Positions 28,009 to 40,900 of a stretch of 64,000 nt of DNA are shown piece by piece; the first letter of the stretch is position 1; each line of letters opens with the position of its first letter. Below the pieces are notes generated by a model. It saw only the letters and a list, made by a program, of their open reading frames with translations. It did not search any database and had not been told where the DNA came from. A program made the translations under genes and the position numbers. The stretch covers positions 8,406,876 through 8,470,875 of the forward strand of contig NC_068992.1 of NCBI RefSeq assembly GCF_001194135.2, read 5' to 3'. This DNA comes from Octopus bimaculoides. Taxonomy: Eukaryota.

Positions 28009-28939
28009 AGTAAGTGTTGTTATTATTATTAAGGCGAGAAAGGCAGTGAGCACGCAAGGTAAAATGCTTAGGGGCATTTTGCCTTTCCTACTTTCAGAAT
28101 CAATAAAGTACCAGTCAAGTCCTGGTTTGGTGGTATTGACTTCCCCACCCCTCAAAATTTTTGCCTTTGTACCTAAAATACAAGCCATTATTATTACATC
28201 CTAAAATATTTTCCAAAAATTCACAAGTAGACAAAAACATCAAAGATACTTTCATTTTAATTATTGAAAACAGTTTTGGTAATAATAATTAATTAACTAT
28301 TAGTCAATAATTAAACGGTCAAAATTTACTTTCTATGACATGTTGCAAATGATGATGCGTGGTGTTATCAATTAGACTCCTTCAGATGTTTACAAGACTT
28401 TAGCACCAGTTCTATTGAATGACATCCATTTCTGATGTTATTTGCTTTTCATTTAATTGTCTCATTAAATGTTACAACACGTTTTCAATTGGGTTGATAT
28501 CTGTATCTGGTTATTAAGAAGGTCAATACAGAAGCTCGAATGCTTTCACTTGAAAGCAAGCTATCGCATTCATGATTTGTGAATTGCAGCTATTATTTTA
28601 CAGAAAATTCCAACTCTTTAGAACTTTCAATAGTTTATATAATCATTTTTTTACTCTTTTTTCCAATAGTTTTCACTATCGTGCCAACTTCACTTGTCAT
28701 TAGTTTTACCAAACATTCTTGCAGTAAAAAGACCACCAATACTGTTATTTTTCTGCATTTCAAATATACCATTGGTCATGTATGTGTGTGATGTATATGT
28801 GTGTATGTATGTAAACACTGGAATGTTAACAATGAGAATAAAGAGTAATGAAAGTAGAGACTGGAAGTGCAGCCTTATAATGTAATTATTGAAACTGAGA
28901 CTCAGAATTATAAAGTTTGAAGATACAGCTTAAACAGTT

Positions 28940-28983
<44 letters not shown>

Positions 28984-31900
28984 GCACGTGTGTGTTTATG
29001 TGTGTATATTTATATATATATTTACACACACTCACAGACACTTATGCATCATCACACCATCATCGTTTAACATCCACTTTTTCATGTTCACTTGGGCTGG
29101 ACAGAATTTGTTAAGGCAGCTTTTCTATGGGTGGATACCCTTCCTGTCACCAACCCTTACCTGTTTCCAAATAAGGTAATATCTCCCAATGACCAGATTA
29201 GGAATGTGTTGGTTGCAACCAGGTCACATTCTGATAGAGTGAAGTGTAAAAGCTAGATGAGGCCAACTCGTTAGACGTCTTTACCACTTAATGCTAGAAT
29301 CCTTAGACACTCAAGATGATTCACATGGCTTTAAATACACTAACATCATCCTAACATCCAAGAAGGGAGATAGGAATAAATGTGGAAACTATCAAGTCAT
29401 TTTTCTGCTTGCTATAGTCAGTAAGAAAATTTCTCAACAGACTGGATGATAAATATCACAGCAGAGGTTCTGCATGAACCTCAACAGGAATTTAGAAGAA
29501 GACACGACTTGGCTAATAGAGAACTAGAGATCTTTATAAGCCATGTCTGTCTCAAGCCAAGTGATACAAGCTGAACCAATCATTATTGAAGAACAGGAAC
29601 TGACAGAGACATGCCACATTACTTTTATGGGCAGTATAATTAATAATGATGATAAACTGAGTGACAAACTTGATTGTAAGTGTGCAACAAATTCACTTAC
29701 AAGGCTCTGGTTGGCTCAGATCCATAGTAGAAGATGCTTGTACTAAATGTCATGTGATAGGATTGAATCCAAGACCATATGGTGGGGCAGCAAGCTCCTT
29801 AATCACACATCCATGCCTACATCAAGTCATACTTTTTTTTCCTAACCACACCTATACAAACATATAAACAAATATGTGGAACAGGAGACATTGTATGCAA
29901 TCTTTTGCCTACTTCCCAAAGGTATTCCACACAGGGGATCAGTTGGCCAGTGGCAGGTACGCAAAAGGTTCAAAACCTTTATGATAGAGTTCCCTCTGTA
30001 CTCCTGCATGAGGATTCAGATAACACAGGTTAACTTTAACTCAGCACTGTTGCTATTAATGGTAGCAATATGATATTACATTAGTAACAAGAGCTACTGC
30101 CAATATTGTTTTAATATTATTTGCTGGCAATGCCTGGGGATTCATTCCTTAGTTCAAATGAAAATGAGTTGCAGAACATAGAGACATGACAAGATCTAAT
30201 CTGTTCAAGGACACCTCAAAGCTTTAGATCATACAAATATTTGTGAAAGAAATGCTGCTATTTGTGACTTTTCTCTCTCGTAGTACAGTGGACATGCAAA
30301 GCTCGGTGATTGCTTTTGAAGTTGCAACCACAAAGTTTGATTTTAAAATTAACATCTTAAATTTCTTTATTAATCAAATCCAAACTTAATTTTCAAAAAA
30401 ATTAATTCTAACCAATTGCAGTGTATTGACAGAACTGTTAGAGCATTGGAAAGATGCCTTATAATTTCTGTTCTGGTTCTTTGTGTTTTAATGTCAGTGC
30501 TTGCAACAATACTGGTTCCAAAAAAGGTGGTGAGCTGGCAGAATCATTAACACACTGGGAAAAATGCTTAGCAGTATTTCGTCTGTCTTTACGTTCTGAG
30601 TTCAAATTCCACCAAGGTCGACTTTGCCTTTCATCCTTTCAACTGTTGGACATCTGTGCTGTTATCGTTGTCCTCCAGCATCACTTAACAACTGACGTTA
30701 GTTCCTTTATGTCCCCATAACTTAGTAGTTTAACAAAAGAGGCCAACAATAAACACCAGACTTAAGAAAAGATAAGTACTGGGGTCAGTTTGTTTGATTA
30801 GCCCCTTCAAAGCAGAGCCCCATCGTGGCTGCAGTCTAGGTAAAATGTAGAATGAAACAGTGAAACAGGTAAACAACAGAATTTAACCAGCTTCTCTCAG
30901 ACATTCAGATATTTAAATACGTGAAATCTAAGCAGCTGAAATCTGCTGGTAAATCACTCTTTCCGGGACATTTATGAAATATAATGAACTGATTCAGACT
31001 TGATTAGAACAATAACATACAAACATGGTACATTTTTAGCACAGATTCTTACAGTTATTTCATATCACTTTACCAGCTCATTACAAAATGCGGCTTCTTT
31101 ACAGCTCATCGATTTTTCAACAAGAATCAATATCTTAGACATTTTAAAATAGTTTAACAATATTTTTGTTAAACTATGATATTTTGAAAAATATGCATTC
31201 CACATTTCAATTGCTTTTATCATATTTTAACAAACTGTCATCAAAGAACAACAATTTAAAGATGAAATATGTGTATGATTTTATTTTTTATTATTAACTG
31301 TTTTTTCTCTCTGACTTTTTTAATTTGTTACTTGTTCTTATTAATTATTTTCTTTGAAATTTCCAAGTTACTGGTATCTGTAAAATATCAAATGAAATTA
31401 AAAAGAAAATAAATATAGAGTTAAACAGAGAGTAACAAAAACAGTAGTCTTTTGTTATTATATTAAACATTTTTTACACAATAATTAATTATGAGACAGT
31501 CTCATTTATAAAATAGGGTGTTATTAGAAAGGAATGATGGCATATTTTCGCATAACATCAGTTAAAACTGTTAATAATAACCAATGTTTCTAAAAATTTA
31601 ATATACACATAATTATGAACATATTTATATCGGATACATGAAGACACGCATGCATATGCACATACACTAATACACACATACACTCATACACACATATGGT
31701 CATCTATGTTTGAGAGTTAAAATTGCAAAACTATAGAAATTTATTTTTTTCTATTTTGAAAAATTTGGTTAAAACCAAATATTTGAGTGATTAATTGGCA
31801 GAATCATCAGTGCTTTGGATAAAATATCCTGAGGCATTAAGTTAAGGTCTTTTACATTCTACCACCATAAGATCCAGTCCCTGTTGCTATGTGGTGACTT

Positions 31901-34127
31901 ATGTGCCTCACTGACCCTGGGAGCAATGCCAATGGAGTACAAGCACCTGGTGACATCCCATGCTGGTCAGGTCAAAGGACAGAGGCCAATTAATATAGGT
32001 TGCCACTTTCCAGAAGTAAAAATGAGTTTACATAGGGCCACAACACCTAACTAGGAAACAATCTAAGTTATAGAAGCAACAGTGATTATAAGACCTGGGA
32101 GAAGATGGCCTTCTGTCAGGGAAATATATGAGACATCAGGCCCTGACCTGGGACCCACACGGGAGGGGGAAGAGAGGGCACCCTAAAAATAGCTGGAGGT
32201 GGGATACTGAGACAGAGCCAAAAAAAGCAGGGATCAAACTGGAGAAAAGCAGAAGAGACAGCCCAGAGTCAAGAACAATGGAGAAAAGTTATCAATGGCT
32301 CAATAGGGAGTAAAGCATTTAAGTAACTTTTACATTCTGGGTTCAAATTTCCCCAAGGCCAGTTTTATAACAGGTATAACTCAACAGACAGGCTTCTACA
32401 CAGTTTCTGCCAACCTAATTTCCATTACAAGTCTGGAGTTAATACAAAGCTACAATAAAAGATACTTATTCAAGATGCCATGCAGTGGTATCAAACACAA
32501 ATTCTCATAATTACAAAGGGAACTTCTTAACCACACAACTGTGCTTGAGTCTATTGCTTCAGTTGTGGTTGTATCTAGGACTGAACTATTCAGCATGTCT
32601 CTTCACTTTTAAGATGTTACTGTATGATTTTGAGAAAGATTAATTATTGTTTCCAGAAGGTCACTCAACAATAGCAATGTCTCTTCGAAACACAAGAGGT
32701 CACATTAATGTATCGACATATCTGGATATCTGTTGTGAATACATTAATTCATATATTTATGCTATCGTGACAGCTAATTTCCATGACAATAGGCATTTTC
32801 TTTGCTTCATGTTTCTAATGGCAATATTCAAGTAGCTGCAATATTTATAGAAGCTTCACTGGAATATTTCACCTTTGTTATCAATTTCTGCATACGTTCT
32901 TGTTTGACCCTGAGTCAATCCTGATGGTGTGCAATGATGGTCAAAGGCATTCCAACCTTGATCGTCCCTGTCTTTTTACAAATTATCTCGGATTACATCA
33001 TATGTCCTTTCCTTATTGAATATGGTATAATGTAATTTTGATAGAGATTTGCTATTATTTCTAGCAGTTTGAGTAACCATGTAGAGCAACAGTTCCAAGC
33101 CTGGATCAAATATACTTCAACCATGACTGTCCAGACTTTTTATTGGCTATCCAGGATTACATTATCCTTTCCTAATTGAGCAACTTACCGTGTGATTCAA
33201 GGGAGATTTGACAGCTATTAGTAGTAGTTCAAGCAACCATGCAGAGCAGTAGTTCCCAGCCACAAGGGTAATAGCAAAAGTGGGGTAGGGTCTGTGAGTT
33301 CTATTCAAAATTTGAAAAGGCTACACTGTCAAAGTTATTGATATCTTTCAACTGAGAGACAAAACAGAAGGACGATACAAAGACAGACAGGAAAACCAGG
33401 TCAGAACATTCGTGGCTCTCTGTTCATCAGTCAAGTTTTCAATTATCACTACAGTTTCAGCCAGTTACACTTGAGATTGTTCAAAATTGGTAGGCCCCAA
33501 AAATCTAGGGCATTAAATTTTTGGAAGAAAGTGAGCAAATATATGCAACAACACGGGCAAAAAGAAATGAGAAAATGTTACACGATTACAACTACAAACA
33601 ACAAGAATAACAACACATGTCTTTTGACTGAAAGGACAAGTTCAGTTAAGCTGGCGTGTGAAGTGGAAGCTTGTCTAAGGAGAGCAAGCAGTGTAGTTGT
33701 TTGATTGTAAGCAACCAAAGCAACAACAATACCTTATCTCTCGTCTTCACTTCTGAGAGCAATTGAATTTAAAACAGTCAAAAGACTTTATTTTTAGGTA
33801 TAAAAAAAATGTGCTCAATAAAAAAATTTCAGTAGGCATGGCTTTATAGTTCTATATTTAAGAGATGAGGAATTATGTACATTATTTACATTCGAAGGAT
33901 ATTTGTCCTCATCTTGTTTGTTGTTAACAACAAACAAGATGACAATGTATCCGTCGAATGTAAATAATGTAAATAATAGGCATGGCTTTATGGCAGAAAG
34001 TTTGCTTTCCAGTCACATGGTTTTGGGTTCATTCCCCTGTGAGTCACCTTGGACAAGAGTCTTCTATTTAAGCCCCAGACTAACCAAAGCCATGTGAATG
34101 AACTTGGTAAACAGCAACAGAAAGTCC

Positions 34128-34162
<35 letters not shown>

Positions 34163-34172
34163 NNNNNNNNNN

Positions 34173-34226
<54 letters not shown>

Positions 34227-37200
34227 TGTGTGTCTTTGTGTTTGTTAGTTCCCCACCACTGTTTGACAACTGGTGCTGGTTTATTTACATCCCATAACTT
34301 ACATCCCCATAACTGGACCAATAGAAGAAGAACCAGGCTTAAGAAACAAATGCCATTATAACTATGGGAGTCAATTTGTTCAAGTAATCCCTTCAATGAT
34401 TGAAACAAAAGATAATAAAACAATTTTTCAAAATTCAATGGGGCACAAGAGAAAATGCCTCTGTTACAAATTTGAATGCTTTTAATTTTCTTTTGATTTT
34501 ATTTGGTTTCAGTGCAATGGAAGTCGGTGGAGATGTCGATATGGCCACAAAGGCAGAATTAATGTGGTACGACTACATTTTACATTTCTTAACCTTCTTC
34601 TGGAAAGTGATCATTGCTCTACTACCACCAACGTAAGTATTCAGTGCTGACAGCATTTCAGAAATTTAACTCTTGAAAATAGTCAAATATATTGAAATAG
34701 CTAATGTAAATATTTAACATACTTAAACTAACCAGGCAGGAAAATACAGGGGTTGGATGAAATAATGGAAACACCTTAAAATTTCAAACAGATTTATTTT
34801 AATACGGAGTAGGACTGCCTTTGGCAATAATTACAACTTGAATTCTACGAAGTATGGACTCATACAAAGTTTGAATTGTTTCTAAAGGAATTTTCGTCCA
34901 TTCTTCAGCTAAAACAGTCTCCAGTTCTTCTAGTGATGTTGGTGTAGGATATCAGCTCCTTACCTGTTTTTCCAAAATGCACCATAAATGTTGAATAATA
35001 TTGAGATCTGGGGACTGTTGTGGCCAAATAAGATGTTCAACTTCACAGGAATGTTCCTTGTGCCATTCAGTAACAACTTTAGCTGTTTGAATTGGTGCAT
35101 TATCATCCTGAACAATTGCGTTTCCCTCTGGAAACAGTTCCGCAACCATGGGATGAATTTGATCAGATAAAATGCTTAAATAGTCTTGACTATTAATTCT
35201 GCCATGAAGGGAAACCATTGGGCCAGTGGATTTCCAAGATACAGCCTCCCAGATCATCACAGATCCTCCTCTGTGTTTAACAGTTGGAAGAAGGCAGTCT
35301 GGGTCAAATGCTTCCTTTGGCTGTCTCCACATATACACTTGGTCAGTGGTCAGAAATAAGGTAAAGGATGACTCGTCCAAGAAAATAACATTCTTCCACT
35401 GCTCTAGGGACCAATTCTATGGGTTTTTACTCCACTCTAAGCGCTTTGCAACATTNNNNNNNNNNGCTCTAGGGACCAATTCTATGGGTTTTTACTCCAC
35501 TCTAAGCGCTTTGCAACATTTGTTTTTGAAAGTAGTGGTTTTCTGATTGCAGCCCTCCTGTGAAATCCAGCTTTGTTGCAGCTCCCGGCAAACAGTTTTT
35601 GTGGTCATTAAGCTCTGCAGTAATTTTGGGAGCTGTTTTTTTGCAATCCTTTCTAACAATTCACGTAAGAATCTTACTGTCCCTATCTGAAAGTTTTGGT
35701 TTTCTTCTGGAGTTTTTTGACAAGGAGGTTTTTCCCTCTTTCTCAAAGGCTGTCATTACATTCAAAACAGTACTTCTTGATACACCAAACATTTCAGCTG
35801 CTTTCATTATGCTAGCACTTGCCATATGAGCACCAACAATTTGACCTCTTTGAAAGTCTGACAGATCCGTCATTTTAATGAATTTTAATTACCTTTTTCT
35901 GATGATATCTGAAAAGAAACAGCTATTTTAGCAAAACATATTAAGCAACATTTATAATAAATCATATAACATAAAAATAAACAGGCTTTTGATGGTTTTA
36001 CAGCTTTTCTCAGAATTATGATGCTAGGTGTTTCTATTATTATGTACAACCCCTATATATTGCTGTGTAAGGTATTAGCAAATATCCAGAGTCATTAAGG
36101 CACCAGAGAGGATGCTTTGTGGCATTTGCCATGGCTCCCTGTGTTATGAGTTCAAATTTTACCAAAGTCAACTTTGCCTTTTATCCATTCAGGCCGAATA
36201 AAATACCAGTCTAGAACTGGAATCAATTCTTCTTGCCCTAAACCCCTGCTCTTACTCCCCGCCCCCTCTGGCTTGTACCTTATAGTTCAAAGGCCCAGCT
36301 TTGTTCCAATGCCTTCAGAATACTCAGCGACCTCAGCACTAATTTCATGAATAGGAATTCAGGCAGTCAAATGGATGAACATTTATTGTTGAGATGGATG
36401 GACAATACACCTCCATGGCTATGTATGAAAATAAGCTGTTTTACTAAATAGTATTAAGTAAATGATGTTTCTATTGTATGTATGACTGGTATTTTTTGTT
36501 TTTTGTTTTAACTTTAGGAGTTACTGTAATGGCTGGGTAACTTTCATCAGTTCTCTCACAGCAATTGGTGTTCTTACTGCTTTTGTTGAACAGGTAATTC
36601 AAAAGACTTTTTTTCATTTGATTTCTCAGAAATAGAAGATATTTAAATTCAAATAAAATATAAATATACATTAATTACAAGTGAATTAACTACTAAGCAA
36701 ACAATTTGAAATAGAAAGAGCTTATAATGTCTTTAAAATCCTAATGTATTATTTGTGATCTTCTATCAAAAACAGCTTGGAAATCTTCTTGGCTGTGTGG
36801 TTGGTTTGAAACAAAGTGTGACTGGAATTACCATAATTGCTTTAGGAACCAGCCTTCCTGATACATTTGCCAGTCGTACAGCTGCCAGACATGACAGTAA
36901 TGCAGATGCAGCTATAGGAAATATCACAGGTAAGATATCTTGATATTCAAAGGCGGTGGTCCAGCATGGCCACAGTCAAATGACTGAAACAAGTAAAAGA
37001 GTAAAAGAGTATTAGTTTTAATCTAGGTTACATTAAATCTAGATCAAGAATTTTCAACAGGTCAGTGCTAACAAATATTGGTCTTGCTTGTTTGCTCTCC
37101 AGATTTCTCTCTCAGACAAAATCAAACAAGTTTATATTATATTCCATCTGTTGTTACTTAGTCTCAGATCAGCTCTCATTATGCACATATCAGATCAAAT

Positions 37201-37576
37201 ACATTCCAATTTTTTTTTTCCGAGTTTACGTATTTAGGTAGTGAGATAACGTTCTCAGGCGGCACCGACGAAGATATTAAGACGAGAATAAGTAAGGCAA
37301 GGATCGCTTTCCACCTGTTAAAAAAAGTATGGAGTGCAAGTGTAATTTCAATAAAGAACAAAATAAGAATTTTTAACACTAACTTAAAAGCGGTGTTATT
37401 GTATGGGGCTGAGACATGGAGAACAACAGTTAAGTCAAATAAGCAAATACAATCATTCATCAAGAGGTGCTTGCTGAATATCCCCGAGAGCTACATTAAG
37501 GGTACNNNNNNNNNNAGCAGGCTGTTCCGTTGATCGGATCAACTGGAACCCTTGACGTCGTAAGCGACGGAGTGCC

Positions 37577-37619
<43 letters not shown>

Positions 37620-37900
37620 TAAGGGCTGGCGTTAGGAAGGGCATGGCGTTAAGAAGGGCATCCAGCTGTAGAAACTCTGCCAAATTAGATTGGAGCCTGG
37701 TGTTGCCATCCGGTTTCACCAGTCCTCAGTCAAATCGTCCAACCCATGCTAGCATGGAAAGCGGACGTTAAACGATGATGATGATGATATAGGGTGTACC
37801 AGAAGTCACGCAGCATTCTGACGCAATTTATTTTATTTAATTCAATAAAGGTGTATTTTTTTTTTAATCAGGATTGATGCGTGACTTCTGGGACACCCTG

Positions 37901-37936
<36 letters not shown>

Positions 37937-40900
37937 AATACATAAACACACACACATGCATGCACACACATATTCACATGCTTGCATCCACATCAGTATA
38001 TTGTATCTACTCTGTTTATTGTTTACAGGCAGCAACAGCGTGAATGTCTTCCTAGGACTTGGACTTCCCTGGGTTATATGTAGTATGTACTACACTATCA
38101 AAGGTGAATCCTTCTTGGTGACCAACAATAACTTAGCATCCAGTGTTACACTTTTCACAATTTGTGGTCTCATTTGCATTATTTTACTAGTGTTTCGTAG
38201 ACTGGTAAGTGATAATATTTCTATTCTTCTTCTTTGCCTGCACCGGGCAAAATGCTTTGCGGCATTTTGTCCATCTTTACATTCTGGCTTTAAATTTTGC
38301 CAAGGTCAACTTTGCTAGTCATCCTTTTGGAGTCAATAATATAAGTACCAGTTGAGTCCTGGGGTTGATGTAATTGACTAGCCACTACCCGAAACTTGTT
38401 GGTCTTGTGCTAAAATTTGAAATTATTATTATTATTATTATTATGAAAGCATTAAATTGGCAGAATTATTAGCACGCCAAATAAAATGCTTTGCTGGGGT
38501 TGATGCAAATGACTATTCCCTTCCCCAAAATTCAGGCTGTTTATCTATAGTAGAAAGGATTGTTGTTATTGTTGTTGTTGTTGAGTGAGAGAGTAGTGCA
38601 TGCCATTAAAGTGACACTGGGGTACAAATATATGAAGCCTAATATATCCATTATGACTGCCTGTCTGGTAAGGGTACACCAGGCACATGCATCACAACCA
38701 TATGTGCACAACATGGTGATCTCATAACAAGATAAACAGCACATCATTGAAATCTCAAAGCAATGAGATAATGCATGATTAATTCAAAACAATTGGAATG
38801 AATAAGTAATCTGATTGGTAAAGAGTTAACCATCCAAATGTACGATCTGACTTGCAACTATAATGATAAATAAGTGGTGGAGAAATTCTAGCAAGATCCA
38901 CAAGAAGTGAAATTTGGCAAACATAATGAAAAAGATGTATTTATAATTCAAGCTGAATTGGAATGCAAAAATTGTATCAGATGCTCCTGAAACTTGGAAG
39001 TGAACTGTTGCTAAATATGACTTGGAATAAAAAAAAAAGCAAACTAGTAACAGGGGAGTATAATTAGAATTTTCAAAACAACACAAACTATTTACAGCAA
39101 ATATAATACACAGTGCAAGCTATCAAGAGCTATAAACTAGAATTTACTAGCGGGGATATAATATAACCAGTTTAATTTTATTCTCATCAAAAAAACAATA
39201 ATAGTGGATTATAAATGAAGCTAAAACTCCAAGTTTTACCAGCCAGGTGCAAATATAAGCAGGGTTAACGAACTTTTAATTATGACAATAAAAATTAAAT
39301 TCAAATCACTCGTGAAGAACTAAGCTTTGAAAATAAAATACTATCTTGAAAAATTTTAAATCCTGAATATTGCAGAATTTAAAGCACAGATAAGAGAAGT
39401 GTTCTCACATTAAACCTTAATCATTATAATTAGAGGCAAGGTTCAGGAATTAACAGGTGCATTTGAAGATTAACTGGTGCATTTGAAGAATAACAAGAGC
39501 TGTCAGAATTCTTTGTATGAAAGAAAAAAGTTAAGAATCCATATAAATAAAGATGCTTTAATTAGTTGTGATGAAAGAAGAGATCTGAAACAAAATCTTT
39601 ATGAAAACAAAACTGCAGGAATTGGCCAAGAGGAAAGTTTTAGAAAAAGGAAATGTGGGCAGGAAAAGATATGTACATAGGTTAACAAAAGATGTGAAGA
39701 AACAGAAAGAATCCACAGAGAAAATAAAATAAGAAAACATATCGAATGGTTAAAGAGCTAACCAAAGAATGGATACCTAAAAATAAAGTTGTCGATGACA
39801 ACCTGCTAAGCAAGCTAAATGAAGTAAAGGAGATAGAAATAATACTTTGAAGAATGTTGCAGACATAAACTGGAGATAGATAGCAACATGTTAAAAGAAT
39901 TAAGCAAAGAAACTTCCTTTGATGTACAGGAGAAAGAAATCATTTCAGAAGTTACACAAATAATCAGGAAAGTAAATATATCACCTGGAACAGGTAATAT
40001 TGTATAATGTAGAACTGTTAAAGTAGGAAGATGAACATATCGCTGAATATTCTTTGTATAATTTGTTAATTTGTTTTACAGCTACGGCTGTGAGGTTATG
40101 AAGCTCACTTTGTAACCATATTTTCAGGTTCAGTTCCACTGCATGGCACCTTGGGTCTTGACTATAGCAGTGGCCCGATCAGTGCATTATGATTTTTGTA
40201 GATGGAAACTGTGTGGCAATTCATTGTGTGTGTACACATGTGCACGTGTTTATTTGTGTTTGTTCTCACTATCACTTGAAAACTGGAGTTTATTTGTTTT
40301 GCCTAAACCATTCAAAGTTGTGCCCCAGTATGACTGAAAAGACAGTATTTCATGTGCTGGAGAATGGCCCATGAAATGGACTGAATCAAATTTTATACAA
40401 TAACCAGAGAAGGGAAACATCAAAAAGTGTGAAAACAATCATAAAACTAGTTTAATTAACCATCAGAGTAAGGTTTTGCTCTATGTTTCCCTTGCTTGAA
40501 TGAAACCAACAATAAAAAATTATACTAAAATTCTACTCAGAGAAACACAGATGGGAGAAATTGACATGGAGAGAAATTGAGGTTTATTATGAGAAAATAT
40601 AACACCAGCTTATCAATAGTACATGTTATATTAACATGGGAAAAGTTTACAAGTGACTGGTTTGTCAGGTTCAGAAAAGGGTGCATTTTCACTATTCTGC
40701 TGCAATGTGTTTCTGGAATACATGAGAGAACTACTTGAATCTTTTTAAAGGAAATATTAAGAAAGGAGGTGAGGAATTTAGTCATCTCTGTTTTTGTCAA
40801 TGATATTGATTAAGAAGAACATTTTGTATGTAAAAGAAAACAGAAACAAAAAATGATGTAAAAAGCAAGATAACGATAGGAAGGAAGAACAAACACATAG

